A stretch of DNA of 63,691 nt, filler included, from Lenisia limosa (Eukaryota; Protista; Breviatea): the NCBI GenBank assembly GCA_001655205.1. It is 13 parts of 13 records of this genome, joined end to end, with 100 filler letters (N's around TTAATTAATTAA, not from the genome) between each part and the next. Parts side by side here need not be neighbours in the genome. Positions count along the whole stretch, not along the records: positions 58,277 to 63,691 come from LPNZ01008975.1; 12 more parts are not named here. The stretch is one strand, 5' to 3'. The position numbers and the translations under genes were made by a program. Below are positions 62,501 to 63,691 of this stretch, piece after piece. The notes beneath the pieces are model-generated. The model ran no database searches. It saw nothing but the letters and a program-made list of their open reading frames with translations, and was not told the origin of the DNA. How positions within the stretch are numbered: the first letter of the stretch is position 1; every line of letters starts with the position of its first letter.

Positions 62501-63626
62501 AGAGTCAATTACTACATGTAGTATATTATAACATCAAGTAATATATGCATATGATATTATATGGAGATGATATTAAGGTCACGCCATGCATTGTGCCTTG
62601 CAACACCGTGGAAAATATTCAACTACAATCACTCTTCCAATCACCCCCCCCCCCCCNNNNNNNNNNNNNNNNNNNNNNNNNNNNNNNNNNNNNNNNNNNN
62701 NNNNNNNNNNNNNNNNNNNNNNNNNNNNNGGCTTCTGCCTGAGCACGGGTGAGAAAAAGGTATAAACAAAAAAGGATTCAGGAAATGAATTAATTATAAA
62801 ACCTCAATTGGCAAAACCCAAAACGCCAGTCGATCTGCCTTGCATCCCACCACTCCAGCGCTTACCCCATCAATTCGTTCGACATAGGCAATACCCGCGT
62901 TGAGAAGGGGGTCATAAGTTGCCATCAAAGCTTCAGCAAAATCAGGCTTCAGGAAATTGAACTCAATGGTACCGGTCTTCAGGACCCTTTCATACTCATT
63001 CAGTTTGCGTGGATCTGTGGCGTAAAGGTCAAACTCAATTAGACAACGTTCCCGACATTCAAAAACACTAAGGTCAAAGAGCATGAAGTACACCCCCCTT
63101 CTAGTATGATAAGCTTCAGCTAAACTGTTGTTGGTATACTCTTCTAGTATGATAAGCTTCAGCTAAACTGTTGTTGGTATACCCTTCTAGTATGATAAGC
63201 TTCAGCTAAACTGTTGTAGGTTTCTATTCACGCTAGCTTTCTCTGTTTATTGTGACCCTAGCTTACTTTGGCTTTGGCTTTTAGCTGTAGTTTTGGGGAA
63301 AGGTTGGTAATCTTCATCAGTGCAATCTTCCCAGCCATCACCGTTATCATCATCATCATCACTAGCTTCATCATTTGAGCAATCCTCCCACTCATCGTCA
63401 TCGTCATCTTCCTTTTCGGGTTGGATTTCTCCTTCATGCAGCTCCTGGAGACTCTCTTTAGTTGCCCCCTTTTCAAGGAACTCTGCGGTTTCCTTATTGA
63501 CCTTGCCAATGCTGTTAATGACACCCCAGGCGATCTTGAGATCATCCTCTTGTGAACAGGCCTGGCCGAGGTCATTCTTCTTGTCTTCTTCGGTTACATC
63601 GGAATCTATGGTCGGCTCAAGTACGC
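59600..63626 (-). CDS. UBE2O / UBC23-26-type large ubiquitin-conjugating enzyme (5' beyond window)
   Basis: PIGTPYAFVLFFFDVFFPPNYPDSPPE|VFYHSRSSKLNPNLYVDGTVCLSLLGTWN|...ESWKSGQSTLLQVILSIQ|GLVLNSRPFFNEAGY|...STLYNESATLFSLQTI...|DLVRSHY; acidic N-terminal exons. 3' end approximate. Confidence 0.9.
59693..59824 (-). mobile_element. Family D copy ending at an acceptor of the UBE2O-like gene
   Basis: Same consensus; ends ...TTTTACCCCCCACCCAG|ATATCC. Confidence 0.85.
62739..62865 (-). mobile_element. 127-nt intron whose 5' end is the family D head
   Basis: Starts GTAAGCGCTGGAGTGGTGGGATGC at the donor and ends CTCAG; the 3' half is diverged. Confidence 0.6.
63098..63217. repeat. 43-bp tandem repeat x2.8 spanning a splice acceptor
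   Basis: Unit CTTCTAGTATGATAAGCTTCAGCTAAACTGTTGTTGGTATAC(T/C) at 63098, 63141 and 63184. Confidence 0.9.
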
Positions 63627-63691
63627 CTATAGAGGGGGGGGGGGTGAAATTGGAAAATTTATGAAGCAAAAAGAGCCCAAATCAACTCTGT
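63627..63691 (-). mobile_element. Family D 3' end at an acceptor (cut by window edge)
   Basis: ACAGAGTTGATTTGGGCTC...AAATTTTCCAATTTCACCCCCCCCCCTCTATAG. Confidence 0.8.

Noticed and set aside
63098-63217. Regularly spaced direct repeats resembling a CRISPR array (also 20440-20605 and 28805-28890)
   Set aside because: Head-to-tail tandem repeats with no unique spacers, in a eukaryotic intron, with no cas genes.
235-63669. Most ORFs in the supplied six-frame track, especially those spanning X runs
   Set aside because: They are intron read-through, antisense shadows or artefacts of N gaps; real genes here are split into short exons.

Overview
Intron-dense eukaryotic genomic DNA, probably from a protist. 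Paxillin-like and Dispatched-like genes would fit an amoebozoan, but the taxon cannot be fixed from this window. The assembly is gappy: twelve ~100-bp N blocks contain the artificial TTAATTAATTAA all-frame stop linker, and many other N runs abut G/C homopolymers. I assembled exons by eye. Confidently recognised genes are RRP36, UTP11, FARSB, GnT-I/MGAT1, a UBE2O/UBC23-26-type E2 enzyme, a paxillin-like N-terminus and an EF-hand protein. Likely genes are NOM1/Sgd1-like, Dispatched-like, a large ARM/HEAT-repeat protein, and a PHD-like/coiled-coil protein; several others are hypothetical. The most striking signal is in the introns. At least five short repeat families recur in unrelated genes. Two are ordinary TA-flanked MITEs (called A and C here); A, whose internal asymmetry can be scored, occurs in both orientations. 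Three (B, D, E) are almost always in the host gene's sense orientation. D and E supply the 3' splice site, D can be a complete GT...AG unit, and units are stacked head-to-tail inside single introns, which suggests an introner-like system. There is also a 2.2-kb pogo-like transposon remnant with its own introns, frequent GTGGG donors and C-run acceptors, and a triplicated splice acceptor. I recognised no tRNA, rRNA or CRISPR. Exon boundaries are manual and approximate.
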